From Eledone cirrhosa (taxonomy: Eukaryota), in NCBI GenBank assembly GCA_964016885.1, contig OZ024742.1:63736001-63800000 (forward strand): a stretch of DNA of 64,000 nucleotides, written 5' to 3'. The position numbers and the translations under genes are program-made. Below, in pieces: positions 11,890-26,019 of this stretch (its first letter is position 1; each line of letters begins with the position of its first letter). The notes beneath the pieces were generated by a model. The model was given only the letters and a program-made list of their open reading frames with translations, was not told where the DNA came from and made no database searches.

Positions 11890-12764
11890 TGTGTATTTCT
11901 TTCATTAATACACCCGTTCTTAATCTTAATAAATAGGGAACATATAGTAAAATAAATACCTTTTGTATTCCTTCTATTGTTGTTGGTGGAAGAGACCAAA
12001 TGGAAAACAAGGATATAAAGAACAACATATTCTATATAGATACTTGATAAAACAACATCTTAGTTATGTTGTTTTTACCACGAGTCCTAAGGACCAACGC
12101 TATGAATGAACCAACACAAACTTCTGTTTAGAAATAACAAAACAACAATTATGAATGTAGACTAACAGAACCGTTTCATGTGAAGTTTCGTGTTGGAAGG
12201 GAAGTCACTCTTAAACGGTGTCGACGCATAAAATTCTCTGACCTCAAGTGTCTTTTCCATTAGTTTTTAAATCTCTCAATTTAGTTATTTTTAGCAAATT
12301 CCGATTTTAATTACTCATAACTTTCTTAATAATACACGTTTTTTAATGGAATTTTTCAGAGATACGTTTTCGAATGTGTAGATTACGATCCTAATTTGTT
12401 CCGCTATTCATTATCCTAATTGATATCATTTATTATCAATATGAAATTGAAAGACACGATGAACAAATTTCCGCGTAATCAATAAATAAAAGCATTAACG
12501 AACGGAAATACACAATAACGAAAGTATTAAAAAATACTAAATTAGTTCTTTAGTTAAAGTCATCAACATAATCGTAATTTACATCACGGAAAACGGAAAT
12601 TTTCATTAAAATAAAATATACATTATTATAAAGGTTATAAGGAACCAAAGGGGATGAAGAGGGCATAAATTATAGTTATGACAAATAATATTGCAGAATT
12701 AACGAAACCGTGTAATATTCAGCTGTCTTTTAAACTAGTGCATCTAGAACTACATTATTTAATG

Positions 12765-12873
12765 TAAATCCCGCCGAGGTTAACTTTGTCTTTCATCCTT
12801 ACGGGGTCGATAAAATAAAGTACCAGTAATGTACTGAGTAATTGCTGGCCTTGTGCCTAAAGTAGAACATTAT
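12765..12873 (+). mobile_element. 5'-truncated tRNA-SINE
   Basis: aatcccgccgaggttaactttgtctttcatccttacggggtcg...gtagaacattatt. Confidence 0.85.
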
Positions 12874-13644
12874 TTTCTTTTAAATACAGTAGGTTATGGT
12901 TTGAAGACGATTTTGCTACTTTTTCTCACAAGTTGAATGTACATATAGATATCAAGATTAAGAGAGTGGACATTCTTCTAATCAAGCATGAACAATGTTT
13001 TTCTAGCAGTGGGTCTTATGAGATAAATAATACAACCTCAGTGAGAGGATATTTTATGAAACATCGTATGTAGTTCAAGAATCGACATGTATTATTCTAG
13101 TCAAATTATGTAAAGTTTGATAGAGAGAAAGCCCGAATGACACAACAATACACGATGTTTAGGTATGTTTCATGTATTAACAGGAATTTGAAGTACCGCT
13201 AATTATAGAAAGAAGAGTTACTTCCCTTACATCTTTTATTGATGTCTGTTACACTAAAGGGAAATTTTATTTTTAAGTCACATATACCCCCACCGCACCC
13301 CGCTTATTAAATTTTGCTAATCTATCTCCGACGAAATTTTATTGTAAGTGATTGATATTGATACAGCAGCTGGGGAATTTAATAATAATTTTATTTAGCA
13401 ATAAAAAACCATGACAAAAAAAAACATTACAAGAAATCCCATATTTACGAACGTACACTATACAGTTACCGATCCCCCCTCCGTTTATTCCACCCCACTC
13501 CCCTCTTATAAGAATTTAAACAAATGTCCAACCCACCCGCTTATTCCAAACTCCCTATTATTTGGGACTCGAGAGTACACAAAGCAACAACGACTATGGC
13601 ACCACCACAACAACACCACAATTTATACGTTCTCTGGTGGTTGG

Positions 13645-14980
13645 AGATTATCCATGGACGACCTTAAGCTTTATGGTAAGAATGAATCCCAATTTGGTTC
13701 CCTCGTTGATACGGTGTAAACATTATCTGTTGACATCAGAATGGAGTTTTGATTAAAAATGTGTGGTGTGTTAATCTTAAACAAAGGCAAAATTAAAAGC
13801 ATTGAGGGAGTTGGTGCTGCCATCAGGAAATGTTATAAAGTAAATAGAAGAGGAAAGTTATAAGTACTTAGGGCTATTGGAAGTTGATAAGATAATGTAG
13901 GAGGAAATGAAAGAAAAATTTAGAGTGAAATACATGCGCTGACTGAAACTTATTCTCAGGTCGAAACTGAATGTATGAAATAAGATGGAAGCTATCAATA
14001 CAGGTGTGGTATCACTCCTTATATATGGGGTAGGAGGATCACATGGACAGTGGAAGTGCTAAACTGTCTAGACCGAAAGACAAGAAAGATATTGACTAAA
14101 TATGGGGTAGTTCACCCAAAGAGAGACACAGACAGATTATATGTACCAAGAAAAAGAGGAGGAAGAGGACTGATAGGGTGTGAAGATAACATTAGAACAG
14201 AAGAAAATTACATGGCGTGGTACATAAAACATTTCACAGAAACACAGAACAAGCATTTGAAGATTGATGAAACTGAAAGTAGATGGACAGAAAAAAGAAT
14301 GTATGGACAATTTCCATAGAGATGTTGAAGAGAGAATAGAGAGAGAAAAAAGGTAGTTATGCATAGCTAAACGTGAACTAAAACCGGAAACGGAAGCCTT
14401 ACTCTCTGCTGCTCAAGAACAAGCACCAAGAACTAACTGCATCAAGCATAGAGTAGACCACACAGCAGAAAGTGATTAGTGTAGAATTTGTGGCTTGAAT
14501 TGAGAAACTGTATGGCATATTACTAGTCATGCACACCACTAGCTCAGAAAGAATATAAGAGACGTCACGACAACATAGCAAGGATAGTCCATTATGCACT
14601 TTGTGGCAAATATGTACTTGACAGAGCAGAAAATTGGTACGAACATAACCCTGAAGGTGTTATTGAAAATGATGGATGATGCGAAGATCCTGTGGAACTT
14701 TGTGATACAGTGTGACCATGAGATTGAACATAGGAGATCAGATATTGTATTAATTGGGAAAGAAAGCAAACAGTATTGGATCCTAGATATAGCCTGTCCA
14801 GCTGATTACAAAGTATGCGATGAAAATAATAATTGATAGATATGACAGGTTAGCTTAGGAGATTAAGCAGTTGTGGTCACTGAAAAAGGTGGTGGCAATA
14901 CCATTAATAGTTGGAGACTTTAATAGTTGGAGACTTCTTGAGAAGTAGATCAAACAAATAGGGATTGCAATATGGATGGA
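13645..14980 (+). pseudogene. Decayed R4/Dong-like non-LTR retrotransposon (RT C-terminus plus restriction-like endonuclease)
   Basis: MDDLKLY, YKYLG, DRLYVPRKRGGRGL, AAQEQA, RHDN, ILWNF..HRRSDIVL..ILDIACP; many stops and frameshifts. Confidence 0.85.
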
Positions 14981-15992
14981 GAGAGAGAGAGTATTAAATA
15001 GATCTAAGGCCATATGCAGTTCTATTTAAGTTTATTTTTATCATGATAGATATTTCGCTGAGGTCTACAGCTAGATAGTTTTCCTCCTACCAATTCCGAT
15101 AGCCTTAGCTTGTCAGATGGTTAAAAAAAAATCTTTAAAACAATTTCGCACAACTTGAAAAACTTAAAAATATAAAAAACTCTTCAAAAAAATTCCAAAA
15201 ATGTTCTTGAAAAAGTTTATTTCCCATTTTGTGATACAGGGAACGGCAGAATATGTTGATTTTTTTCAAAGCTAGTCCTAGCGCTGTGGCGGAAATGTGG
15301 TTCTGTCTGTTTCACGTTTATACCACTAAATCGTGAAAATAGCAAGGTCATCGTTGTAGGAACACATTCTGCAAGTAGCCCGTCTCTCCTCCCCTTTACC
15401 AGGCAATGGTTGTTATAGTAGTAATGACAGCCATCTCCTCTCAATCCACTGGTCTCCTTTGTCTGCAACACCACTAAAGTTATGTGGGAGAGGAGGGGGT
15501 AACTGTGAATGAGGGGTTGGAATATTATAACAGAAAATAAGAGGTAAACATAGAATAAAATAAATTAAAATGAAGTAAATCTATTTAAAATAGATAAATC
15601 TTAACAATAAAATAAAATATATAACGTAGTTGTTATATAGTTAAGATTTAACTAGGCTAAAAGTGCTAAAAGTCTGAGAAACCTTTTCTCTCGCTAGTTC
15701 CACGTCGAACTATAGCTCAATGGATTACATCCAGATGTCCAAGCCCCATCCTAGGAGATTCATGCACTCAATGAGCGGAACGCCAGAGTGAAATCTTTCT
15801 ATATAAAGGGACTTTCTGGGGGTGGGGTGGAAGAAGGAATTTCCCCGCAGCATGCATTATTCAGCGGTGAAACCGCTCGAGATCCCGGGCCAACTTGTCT
15901 ACCCGGCAAGAAGTTATTAGGGAGTTCTGTAAACAATTAAATAGTGTAGGCTGACCCAAGGTAATTTAAAGTAAACATATCCAAGGATCGGG

Positions 15993-16083
<91 letters not shown>

Positions 16084-16139
16084 TCTCTCCCTCTCTCTCT
16101 TAGTCCACAGATGAATTTTCTGTTTGCTTAATCAACGGA

Positions 16140-16395
16140 ATAACCTGCTCGTGAATTTTACTTGCAAATGGCTGAGCATTCCACAGAAGCGTGTTTTCTG
16201 AGAGTAATTCTCAGAGAGATTCAGAGTGAAGCAAAGTATAAAAGCGTTTGCCCTTTGAATTACAGGTACAACTCATTTTTTTCAAGCTGAGTAAACTGAA
16301 GAAAGGTGAAATAATGTGTCCTCATACAAAATGCATCCCTGGGAATCTAACTCACGACCCTACGAGCATGCTTAAACACTAAGCTACGCGCCTTC
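16140..16395 (-). mobile_element. tRNA-derived SINE (second family, CORE-like middle)
   Basis: Minus head ggcgcgtagcttagtg...gagttagattccc; cagctgagtaaactg...gaaataa.gtgtc shared with 2995-3052; tail shared with 27830-27960. Confidence 0.65.
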
Positions 16396-16499
16396 ACGGG
16401 CACACAAACACACACACATATCCAACGATGGATGAGTTGCGTAAACTAGAGTGCTTTTCTTACTATTACATCATGGTTAACTAAGCGGAATGACCAGTT

Positions 16500-19012
16500 C
16501 TATCTATTGGTTGGCCACAAAACATAAATGATTATATATGTACAGCATCAGTACCATGTAAGCACAAAAACATCTCAAAAGGGCAATTTGGGAGACTGCA
16601 GCAGTCCGACTTGCCAGGAAAGAACGTCGTAATGCTGAACGGGAATACAAATTGCATAAATCAGATATCAATAGAAAAAAGCGCAATAAATCGTCCAACC
16701 ATCTCAAGCAAGTGACAAAAAAGGCAGTGCTTGAATTTGAACCATGCATAGCAACCAACCCTGATAGTAAAGTGTTATGGAAATATGTACATTCAAAGCA
16801 GATACCTCACTCTCCAGGTGGTCCTCTTCGCAATCACCACACATGCCAGATTACTGACGATCCCAAAGAATGCGCAGAACTCATTGCTGAATGTTATACA
16901 GGCATTTTTACTGTTGAAAATCAAAACGTACCATCTCCACCACCTCTGACATCAAATTCTATAACAACTATGGAATCAACACCTGCAATGCTGCGACGTC
17001 ACCATAAGAATAAGCGCAACTATGCCTCTGTTTGGTCTTGATGGTGTTACGTACCTGCTTCTCAAACATGGTGGGTACTTTCTTCTGTGCGCCTTTCACT
17101 CTTCTTTCAATTCTGTCTTAACAACGGTGCTACTCCGGAACAGTGGAAAACTGTCATTCCTCTGTTCAAAAAGGGTAATCGCACGTCGCCTGTCAATTAT
17201 CATCCAGTCAGTCTTACTAGCTGAATCGCCAAACTGATGGAATCCTGTGTCAGAGAAACACTATGGAACTTCTGGAATTCTCACAGCCTTATTCGACCGG
17301 CCCTCGCAATTTGGATTTATCCCTAACGCCAGTTGCTGTGGAGTTTCTTGAAGACGTCATCCAGATCACTGATGGCGGCTCATGGGTGGGTGTTGTTTAC
17401 CTTGACTTTGCTAAAGCTTTTAATTCTGTGCCACACAAAATACTTATGCCAAAAGTCTCTGAAATGGGTGTGAAGGATGACCTTTTTAACTGGTTGAAGT
17501 CCTTCATTCTCAGTCGAAAAGAAGTAGTCGCGGTTCTAGGACAGCATTCTTCACTCTATGAGATGTAATCTTGTGTTCCGCAGGGATCTATTATTTGTCC
17601 CCTTTTGTTTGTGGCATATATTAATGACATAGATGCTAATTTAAAGAATGCCACAGTGCTGAAATATACAGATGACATCAAGTTGTACCTTGAGATAAAA
17701 AGGACAGATCCTGAACACTATAGATCTTTCCTGCAATCATACCTGGACACAATGCAGCAACGGATCATGGACTCACAGCTCAAACTGGCTGTGTCAAATG
17801 TACCACCATGCATTGGGGGGGGGGGGGGGGGCATCCTCCACATACTCCCCCCATAATTCTAATATAAAGAAGTCTTCTTGTGAACGTGACCTGGGCATTA
17901 CTGTCAGCAGTGATTTGCGTTGGACAACACACATCTCTAAAATTGTCAAGAAGGCCGAGGGTGTCTAGCATCACTTAGCAAGACCTTTGTCAGCCGCTCT
18001 CCAGCTATCTATTTAAAGCTGTATATAGCTATGGTGCGGCCACACTTAGAATTTGTATCACCTGTCTGGAACCCCTCTCTTGTTCAGAATATTGACCTCC
18101 TGGAAACTGTTCAGGGACGTACAAGTATAACAAAATACTGGTGTGTATGAATATCACAAGACACTAGGTTGTGTATATAAAGTTTAATTAACAAGTTGAA
18201 GTTATGTAGAACAGTATAGTTGACATGTCAATGAGTAGTAGATGAAAGAATGAAGTAAAGTTATTTGTTACCGTTTTGAAGTTAGCTCGCAAGAGGCCAT
18301 GTTAGGGTTGCCAGATGAACGCGCCTGGCCGAAGGGCCAGGCAAGTTAGAAGGCCAGGAGCCGAAAGGCAAATGAGAGAGAGAGAGATCGCTCTGAGTAT
18401 CCCTTTAATAGGGTCTCAAGACGGAAGTGACAAAAAGGGTTTTGCTACCCCAACGGGAAGTAACTCCAGCTACTTCCTGTCTAGAGAGCGTTAATCTATT
18501 GGTGATGTGAGTGTCACAACAAGGGAGGCAACTCTTGTTACACAACCAAGCGAATACCCTCCATCAGGCATCTACCATACTCTGAACGCCTTGTTTCCCT
18601 GGGCATGGATACATTGAAGCTCCGACGTCTGGCAACTGACTTGGTAAACAGCCACAGAATTATTAACCATCTTGCCAACAACAGCCCTCAGCACCTTTTT
18701 GAATTCCATGTGTCTAACACGTGGGCATGCCTACAAAGTCAGAAAACAGCAATATTCGGAAATATTTTTTCACGCTCAGAGTTGCTGAAGCATGGAACAA
18801 GCTACCTGCATCAATTGTTAGCTGCGGGGACACTACATACTTTAAAACCTCCATGCTACACCTAATATTCCCCCTCCAAACACACGCACGAATGTATATC
18901 ATGACTCATACACTATTCACTTTCCTGACATTTGTACATTATTCTATGTACTATACATGCACTTTGATAAGTTGTAGTGAACTTGAGCACTGTACACAAT
19001 AATTTCATTATT
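16500..19012 (+). mobile_element. Decayed CR1-clade LINE (ORF2 RT region plus 3' UTR)
   Basis: YLDFAKAFNSVPH, VPQGS, YINDI, KYTDDIKLY, ERDLG, VRPHLEF..PVWNP, FFTLRVAEAWNKLP; (ATT)n tail. Confidence 0.9.
18126..18542 (-). mobile_element. Solo LTR (417 bp) inserted in the CR1 ORF2
   Basis: Ends TATAACAA...TTGTTACA (degenerate TG..CA inverted ends); 4-bp TSD CAAG/CAAC; removing it rejoins the Q.R.TKRIP motif. Confidence 0.75.
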
Positions 19013-19033
19013 ATATATAATCACCGATTTCTA

Positions 19034-19223
19034 GGGTGGTGGATTGGCAGTATCGGTAGAGAGTCGGACGTCATGCTTTCCAGCATAGTTACGTCCCTTT
19101 ACGGTCTGAGTTCAAATCCCACCGAGGTTCACTTTGCCTTTCATCCTTACGGGGTCGATAAAATAAAGTACCAGTAATGTACTGGGTAATTGCTGGCCTT
19201 GTGCCAAAAGTAGAAACAATTAT

Positions 19224-19226
<3 letters not shown>
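19034..19226 (+). mobile_element. tRNA-derived SINE, young family
   Basis: Full copy with A/B boxes, core and CAATTATTAT tail. Confidence 0.9.
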
Positions 19227-19257
<31 letters not shown>

Positions 19258-19259
19258 AA

Positions 19260-19292
<33 letters not shown>

Positions 19293-19699
19293 GTGTGTGT
19301 GATGACATACGGTGTTACTTAAGTTACTTAAGCATTTTAACCTTGGCGGAATCCATCCCAAAACACCCGATAAGAAGGAAAGAGAGTAATCGAGAGGAAT
19401 TGAGAATGAGATATAGAGGAATAATCAACACCAGTACTGCATTGATACATTTTCATCGACCTCAAGAGCTGGAATAAATACCACAAACCAGTCTATCCGA
19501 TACTCTAACGACTCTGCTTTCACCGATTTCTAGGACTTCATTGGTAAAATCATTACATATTACTATATATCTCCATCTCTCCTCCACTTGCCACCCTTTC
19601 CTCGCCCAATCCCTTATCCAATTCATTCTTTTCCTCAATCGCCTCCTTCCATAAAATTTCCTCACTTCCATAAAAAACCACAAACTCGACTCTCTCCGC

Positions 19700-21275
19700 T
19701 CCCCGCCTGCCGTCCCCACCCATACTCATATCACCTCCAACCCTAACCCTTCTATCCTGTCACCTACCACCTCCTTTCCTCTCCCCACCACTGAATCTGC
19801 ACACGCTTTGCCCAACCACCTTAACTCCTCCGCCTCCGCCTCTTCCACTCCCTCATGTCCCTGCACTGTAGTCACCATACCCCAGGACCTACCACTCTCC
19901 GAAGCTGAGCGCTCCCTCCTCGCCCGTGGTTTGCGTTTTATACCAACCACATCGACCTGCGACGAGTTCCGCAAACGTGCCGACATTGAAGGGTTCTTCC
20001 GTCGATTAAAGCTGAAAGCTTTTTTTCACGACACGCCATCATCGACACAAACGGATGACTTCACTCGTCTCAGTCGCCGGCAATCACATTGGAGCTTTGG
20101 CCAGTTCAGCACCCTCGACTCCTTTGTCGATACTTCCCACATCCACGATTCAAATCATGCCCTTAGACTCTTCAACTCTTTCTCCTTCTCTCCTGGTCCC
20201 ACCCGCCTTCTCTTTACCCTGGACATCACCTCTCTCTATACCGTCATCCCTCATGATGACGGCCTCTGCGTTCTCCAACGTTTTTTAGATTTACGCCCTA
20301 TCCCTTACCACTCTTCTCCGTTTGGCTGAGCTTGTTCTCACCCTCAGTGGCTTTTCTTTTTCGGGTGAATTTTATCAGCAGGTCTCTGGGAGTATCGATG
20401 GGAACCAGAATGGGTCCAAACTATGCCAACTTGTTTGTTGGCTACGTCGAAGCCCAGATCTTCTCTCAGTACGCTGGACCGACTCCTGAGCTATACGGTC
20501 GTTATACCGACGACTGCATCGGCGCTACCTCTCTATCACGAGAACAGCTCGACTGTTTTCTTTCTTTTGACCTATCTTTCCATCCTGCTCTCAATTTCAC
20601 CGCCTCCCTCTCCGATTCTTCTGTCGCTTTTCTAAATATCTCTCTATCTATTAATCACTCTCACTACACCTTCTCTACTTCCATCTTCATTAAACCAACA
20701 GACTCTCAATCTTACCTCGACTTCACCTCCTCCCATCCAACCCACACCAAACACTCCATACCCTATTACCAATTCCTCCGTCTTCGTCGGCTCTGTAGCC
20801 AGGACGACGATTTCGAAACCGATTCCCTTCGCATGGCTTCCTGCTTCATCCAGCGTGGATATCCCCCCACCTTCATCCAAGCTGCTCTCACCCGCGCCCC
20901 CGAAACAGACCGTACCACAGTCCTCTCACCTCACCCCGCCCTCCCAACACTCGCGTTCCTTTCCCTCTCACCTACCACCCCATCACCCTACCACTCCGGC
21001 GACATATCCTCCGTTCCTTCCGCATCCTCTCTTTTGACTCCGTCACTTCTCGCTTTTTTCCAAACCCACCCATTACCGCTTTTAAGCGCGCCCGCCACCT
21101 CCGCGACCTCCTGGTTCGGAGTTCCTTCTCGTCCTCTCCCACGACTCCACCCGGCTCTCATCCTTGTTCCCGTTCCCGCTGCAACACTTGTCCCTTCATT
21201 TCCACCCTCACCACTCTTACAGGCCCTAACGGGTCTTTCCGTATCCGCCACTCGTTCACCTGCACATCCACGCTC
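19700..21275 (+). mobile_element. Penelope-like element (Neptune-type), decayed copy 1
   Basis: LARGLRFIPT, LDITSLYTVIPH, GVSMGTRMGPNYANLFVG, RYTDD, KPTDSQSYLDFTSSHP..SIPY, CxRxRCxTC linker; internal deletion. Confidence 0.9.
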
Positions 21276-21539
21276 CTCCGCCTTAACTCCACCTGCCATC
21301 CCCTCCTCGCCCAAGCCATCCTCCTCTTCATCCAAAACCTCAACCACGACCTCTTCTCCTTCCTCACCTCCATCAAAGCCCGCAAGCTACACTCACTCCT
21401 CCCAACCACCCCCATCCACCACCACCCGCCCATCCCCATGATCCCACCACTCTCCACCCCTCCCTCGACCCACACCCCTACCCGATCTCCCCCCCCCCCC
21501 CCACCCCCTCACCCCTCACCCCTCACACACCCAAACCCC

Positions 21540-24500
21540 ACCACTTGTTGTCACCATACCCCCTGACCCCCCCCCCTCTCCGCACCTGAGCGCTCACTCC
21601 TTAGTAGAGGCCTTCGCTTCATACCCCACACTCCGCACAGCCACGAGTTCCGCACCCGAACGGAAGTCGAGCGATTCGTGCGACGCACGAAGCTACAGGC
21701 ACATTTCGGGCGAACGCCACCGGCTCCGGACGCCCTGGGCCGACGACGATCTTCTTGGACGCCGGCCCCAGGGCAATTTAGCACCCTGGACGCGTTCGTC
21801 GATGCCAGCCGTAGCGCCGTAAATCGTTTCGACTTCCGCCACCGTTCCAAACGGAATAACATCTTACGGGGCGAATTCCTCGCTCTCCGCTCCCTCCGTA
21901 GCCGAGATGACATCGGCATCAAACCGGCGGACAAGGGAGGCGCCGTGGTGGTGTGGCGCGCGGACCTCTACACGGCCGAAGCCCTCAGGCAGCTCCATAA
22001 CCCCCTCTTCTACCGCCCTCTACCCTCCGATCCCACACCCCTCTACCAACAACAAGTTTCCTCCACCATCCAACACCTTGTCTCCTCCTCCCTCCTCCCC
22101 CCACCGCTTCCCACCTCATCGTCTGCACCCCCCGCACTCCCACCATCTACTTCCTCCCCAAACTCCACAAACCCGACAACCCCGGCCGCCCCATCGTCTC
22201 CGCTTGCAACTGCCCCACCGAACTCATCTCCGCCTTTCTCGACTCCATCCTCACCCCCCTTGTCACCACCCTCCCCTCCCACATCTCCGACACCAACCAC
22301 GCCCTGCGCCTTTTCGACTCCTTCACCTACCCACCCGGCCCACAGCCCTTCCTCTTCACCCTAGACATCAAGTCCCTCTATACCGTCATCCCCCACGCCG
22401 ACGGCCTACGCGCCCTCAAACACTACCTCGACCTTCGCCCCTCCCCCATTCCCTCCACCCCACCCTCCTTCGCCTCGCCGAGCTGGTCCTCACCCTCAAC
22501 TGTTTCTCCTTCTAGGGTGAGTTTTACCAACAGGTCACGGGGGTAGCCATGGGTACAAGAATGGGCCCAAACTATGCCAACCTTTTTGTTGGCCATGTTG
22601 AGGCCCAAATCTTTGCCCAGTACACCGGCCCCACGCCCGAACTGTACGGTCGTTACATCGACGACTGTATCGGAGCCACGACCCTCACCCGAGAACAGCT
22701 CGACAGCTCGACTCCTTTCTCTCCTTCTTCTGTTCCTTCCACCCCTTCCTCCACTTCACCTACTCTATCTCCACCACCCACGTCTACTTCTTAGACATCT
22801 CCGTCGCCTTCGACCCCTCCCACCACTCCCTCGTCACCCCCGCCTTCTTCAAACCCACCGACTCCCACTCTTACCTTGACTTCACCTCACCCCACACACA
22901 CTAAACACTCTATTCCCTACTCCCAACTCCTCAGGATCCGCCGCCTCTGTAGCCGAGATGCCGACTTTGAATTCCAGGCCCTTTCCCTAGTCAGCCATTT
23001 CATCCGCAGCGGTTATCCCGCTCTCTCGTCCACACCGCTCTCACCCGCGCCCGTGCTGTCCACCGCTCCACCAGCCTCACCCCACGCCACCGCACACCCA
23101 CCCACCGTCTCCCCTTCCCCATCACCTACCACCCCTCCATCATACCCCTCCACCGCACCATCCTCCGCCTCTTCCGACGCCTCCAGTCCGACCCCTCCAC
23201 CTCCCACATCTTCCCAGCCCCACCACTCCCCTCCTTCAAACGTGCACGCAATCTCCGCCCCCTCCTCGTCCACAGCTCCCTACCCACAACCTACGCCCCC
23301 CCATCCCCCGGTTCCTTTCCCTGTTCTAGGCCCCGCTGCAACACCTGTCCCCACATCACCAACACCACCACCTTCCAGGGTCCCAACGGCCACTCTCTCT
23401 CTGTCCGGCATGCCTTCCGCTGCACCTCCTCCAACCTAGTCTACGGACTTACGTCGGACAGACTTACTGACAGATTTACTGAGCACCTCCGGGATATTCG
23501 TCTCGGTGGTAGTTCCCCCATCGCCCGCCAATTTGGTGGCCCTGGACATTCCGCACACCATCTCTCAGTCTGTGGCCTACTCCAATGCCACGGAACACCC
23601 GCCAATCTCCTAAGAGTTGAACAACGAACCATCTTCATCTTACAGACCCACACTCTCCCCGGCCTGAACTCCCCACCCTTATTCCTTTAGCCTTCGACCG
23701 CCCCCCTCCCCCCACACATATCCCCCACTAACACCACTAACACACCCCTCCTTTTCACCGCCCACCCCACAACTAACAATACTAACACCTCCACCCCACA
23801 TCCGACCACCCTTCCCCAACTAACATACTAACATCCCTCCCTTCTTCTCCTCCCCCTCCTTATCACACGCACACACCCACCGGCACATATATACACGCGC
23901 TCACACTAAACACACACCCTACTACCACCACTAACCCTCACCCCACACATCCACCCCACCACCCCGCAACTAACATCACTAACACCCCCTGACCCCAAGT
24001 ACACGAACACACACACCCACTTACACCACCCACCCTACACGCAACTAACATCACTAACACCCCCAACCCTACGCACACGTACACACACACCCTACCACCA
24101 CTGACCCCCACTCACACCAGCATTCAACCCTTCTCCACCTCCTGTATACTAACACCCACTAACACCCCCTTCACCAAACACACACACCAGTACACTACAC
24201 CCCCTCCATCGGCCCCCACACCCTTCTCTCCCCGCTCCACCCACACACTTCTCTCCCCGCTCCACCCACACCCTTCTCTCCCCGCTCCACCCACACCCTT
24301 TCTCAAACACTCACTCATCCCACTAACACCTCTACTAATACACCCCCCTCCTCACTCCAACTTTCACACCTACCCACCCTCTCCCCTGTCCACCGCACAC
24401 ACTGACACACCTTCACTTACCATTCTACCCTACTACTGCTATGCCCTCTGACCACCTCCCCGCACACACAGACACACAACACTCCTCCTGCCTTGACCAC

Positions 24501-25250
24501 TTCCTGTTGCGCGCGCACCCCACATCTCCCCTCTTCCGACAAGTCTCTTCACGGATTACACGTATGTGAACCTTGATCCCGGAATCCACCACATCCCAGG
24601 ATTTTACTAAGCATTCCACCACATCTTTTTACGGACTTACCTTTATGACTCACGCCACACACACCCCCCAAACATTTTTTTTCCCACATGCCACCTACAC
24701 CCACAACACGCATAAACACCACACACACACACACGTGCGTACCACCACATATTTACACATTCAGCCTCCGGAATCCTCTCCCCCCACCCCTCTATCCACA
24801 CACGCACACACACTCCGACCTACACCCCACCCCACACACACCTCTTCCTGAACATGCAACCCCGTTCTTCCCCCAACCCTTGCTTTCACAGACACACACA
24901 CACATACACGTACACCTACACACACACACCACCTTCAGCCCTCCCCGCTCGGACACCCCGTCTCCCTCTCCCCACTCCACCCGCCACCACCCCTACATGC
25001 CCCACACCCTTCCACCACCTGTTTTACCCCATTTTAATTTTATTTTGATCATGCCTTTATTTTTAATTTCATTTGCACCGTTTCCTCTCACCCCCTTTTT
25101 GCTATATGTCTCTCCACCACTCCCCTACACACCCTTTGAACTCTCTTCCCACACACTTTTCACCTGAAGAAGGGCTTATGCCCGAAACATCGTTCCCTAC
25201 CACCACCCCACTCTCAACAGCGTGAAATTAATAAACATTTGTTTGTACTG
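21540..25250 (+). mobile_element. Penelope-like element (Neptune-type), decayed copy 2 with C-rich 3' region and terminal hammerhead motif
   Basis: IKPADKGGAVVV, PKLHKP..GRPIVS, DIKSLYT, MGTRMGP, RYIDD, CxRxRCxTC, GIY-YIG C-terminal part (RFTEHLRDI..PGLN); AATAAA near 25230. Confidence 0.9.
25161..25195 (+). ncRNA. Hammerhead ribozyme core motif at the Penelope 3' end
   Basis: CTGAAGA-A-GGGC/ttat/GCCC-GAAAC-ATC; stem II perfect, stems I and III weak. Confidence 0.6.
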
Positions 25251-25280
25251 CCTCTCTGTTTTGTTCCCGTTCAATTTTTC

Positions 25281-25345
<65 letters not shown>

Positions 25346-25443
25346 CGAAGAAAGTGTGGTAAGGAACCATATGGACCATAACGCACCAGCGTACTCGATA
25401 CTTAGGGTAGTAGAGTGGGTAATAGGGGTCCTGACTCTTTTCC

Positions 25444-25476
<33 letters not shown>

Positions 25477-25508
25477 ACACATATATATATATATATAGAC
25501 TCTTTATA

Positions 25509-25585
<77 letters not shown>

Positions 25586-26019
25586 GAATGCGTTTGTGAG
25601 TGTATGTGAGTGTGTGTGTGTCTGTGTATCTGTGTGTATTCTCGCCGTTCGATTTCTGTGGCATGAACCTGGAATCGCAAGAAAACAACAACGTTCCCAC
25701 GACTCTCCCAACTCGTCACATATAGAGAAGTGTTTTATCTCCTTATAATATATAACCAGCAATTTCTCTGTCTGTCTGTCTGTCTGTCCGACAGTGGAAA
25801 CTGTCGAAGAGAGAGAGTGAGAGTGAAAGAAAGAGACAGACTACGAGAGGGGGATAGCGGGAGGCAGAGAGGGAGAGAGAGAGAGAGTGAATGGACGCTA
25901 AAACACGTGCGCGCGTGTGAATGTTTTTTGCGCACGCGTAGAGAGTGAGAGTGAAAAAAAGAGACAGACTTCAAGAGGGGGATAGCGGGAGGGAGAGAGG
26001 GAGGAATTGAGGAGTGCTA

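Noticed and set aside
10863-11999. Two short ORFs sharing ALQRNWLSEVKVE..PYHHHH
   Set aside because: A by-product of the inverted repeat; the ORFs are unrelated outside the arms.
19034-19125. tRNA gene
   Set aside because: The A/B boxes belong to a multi-copy SINE head; there is no cloverleaf or terminator.
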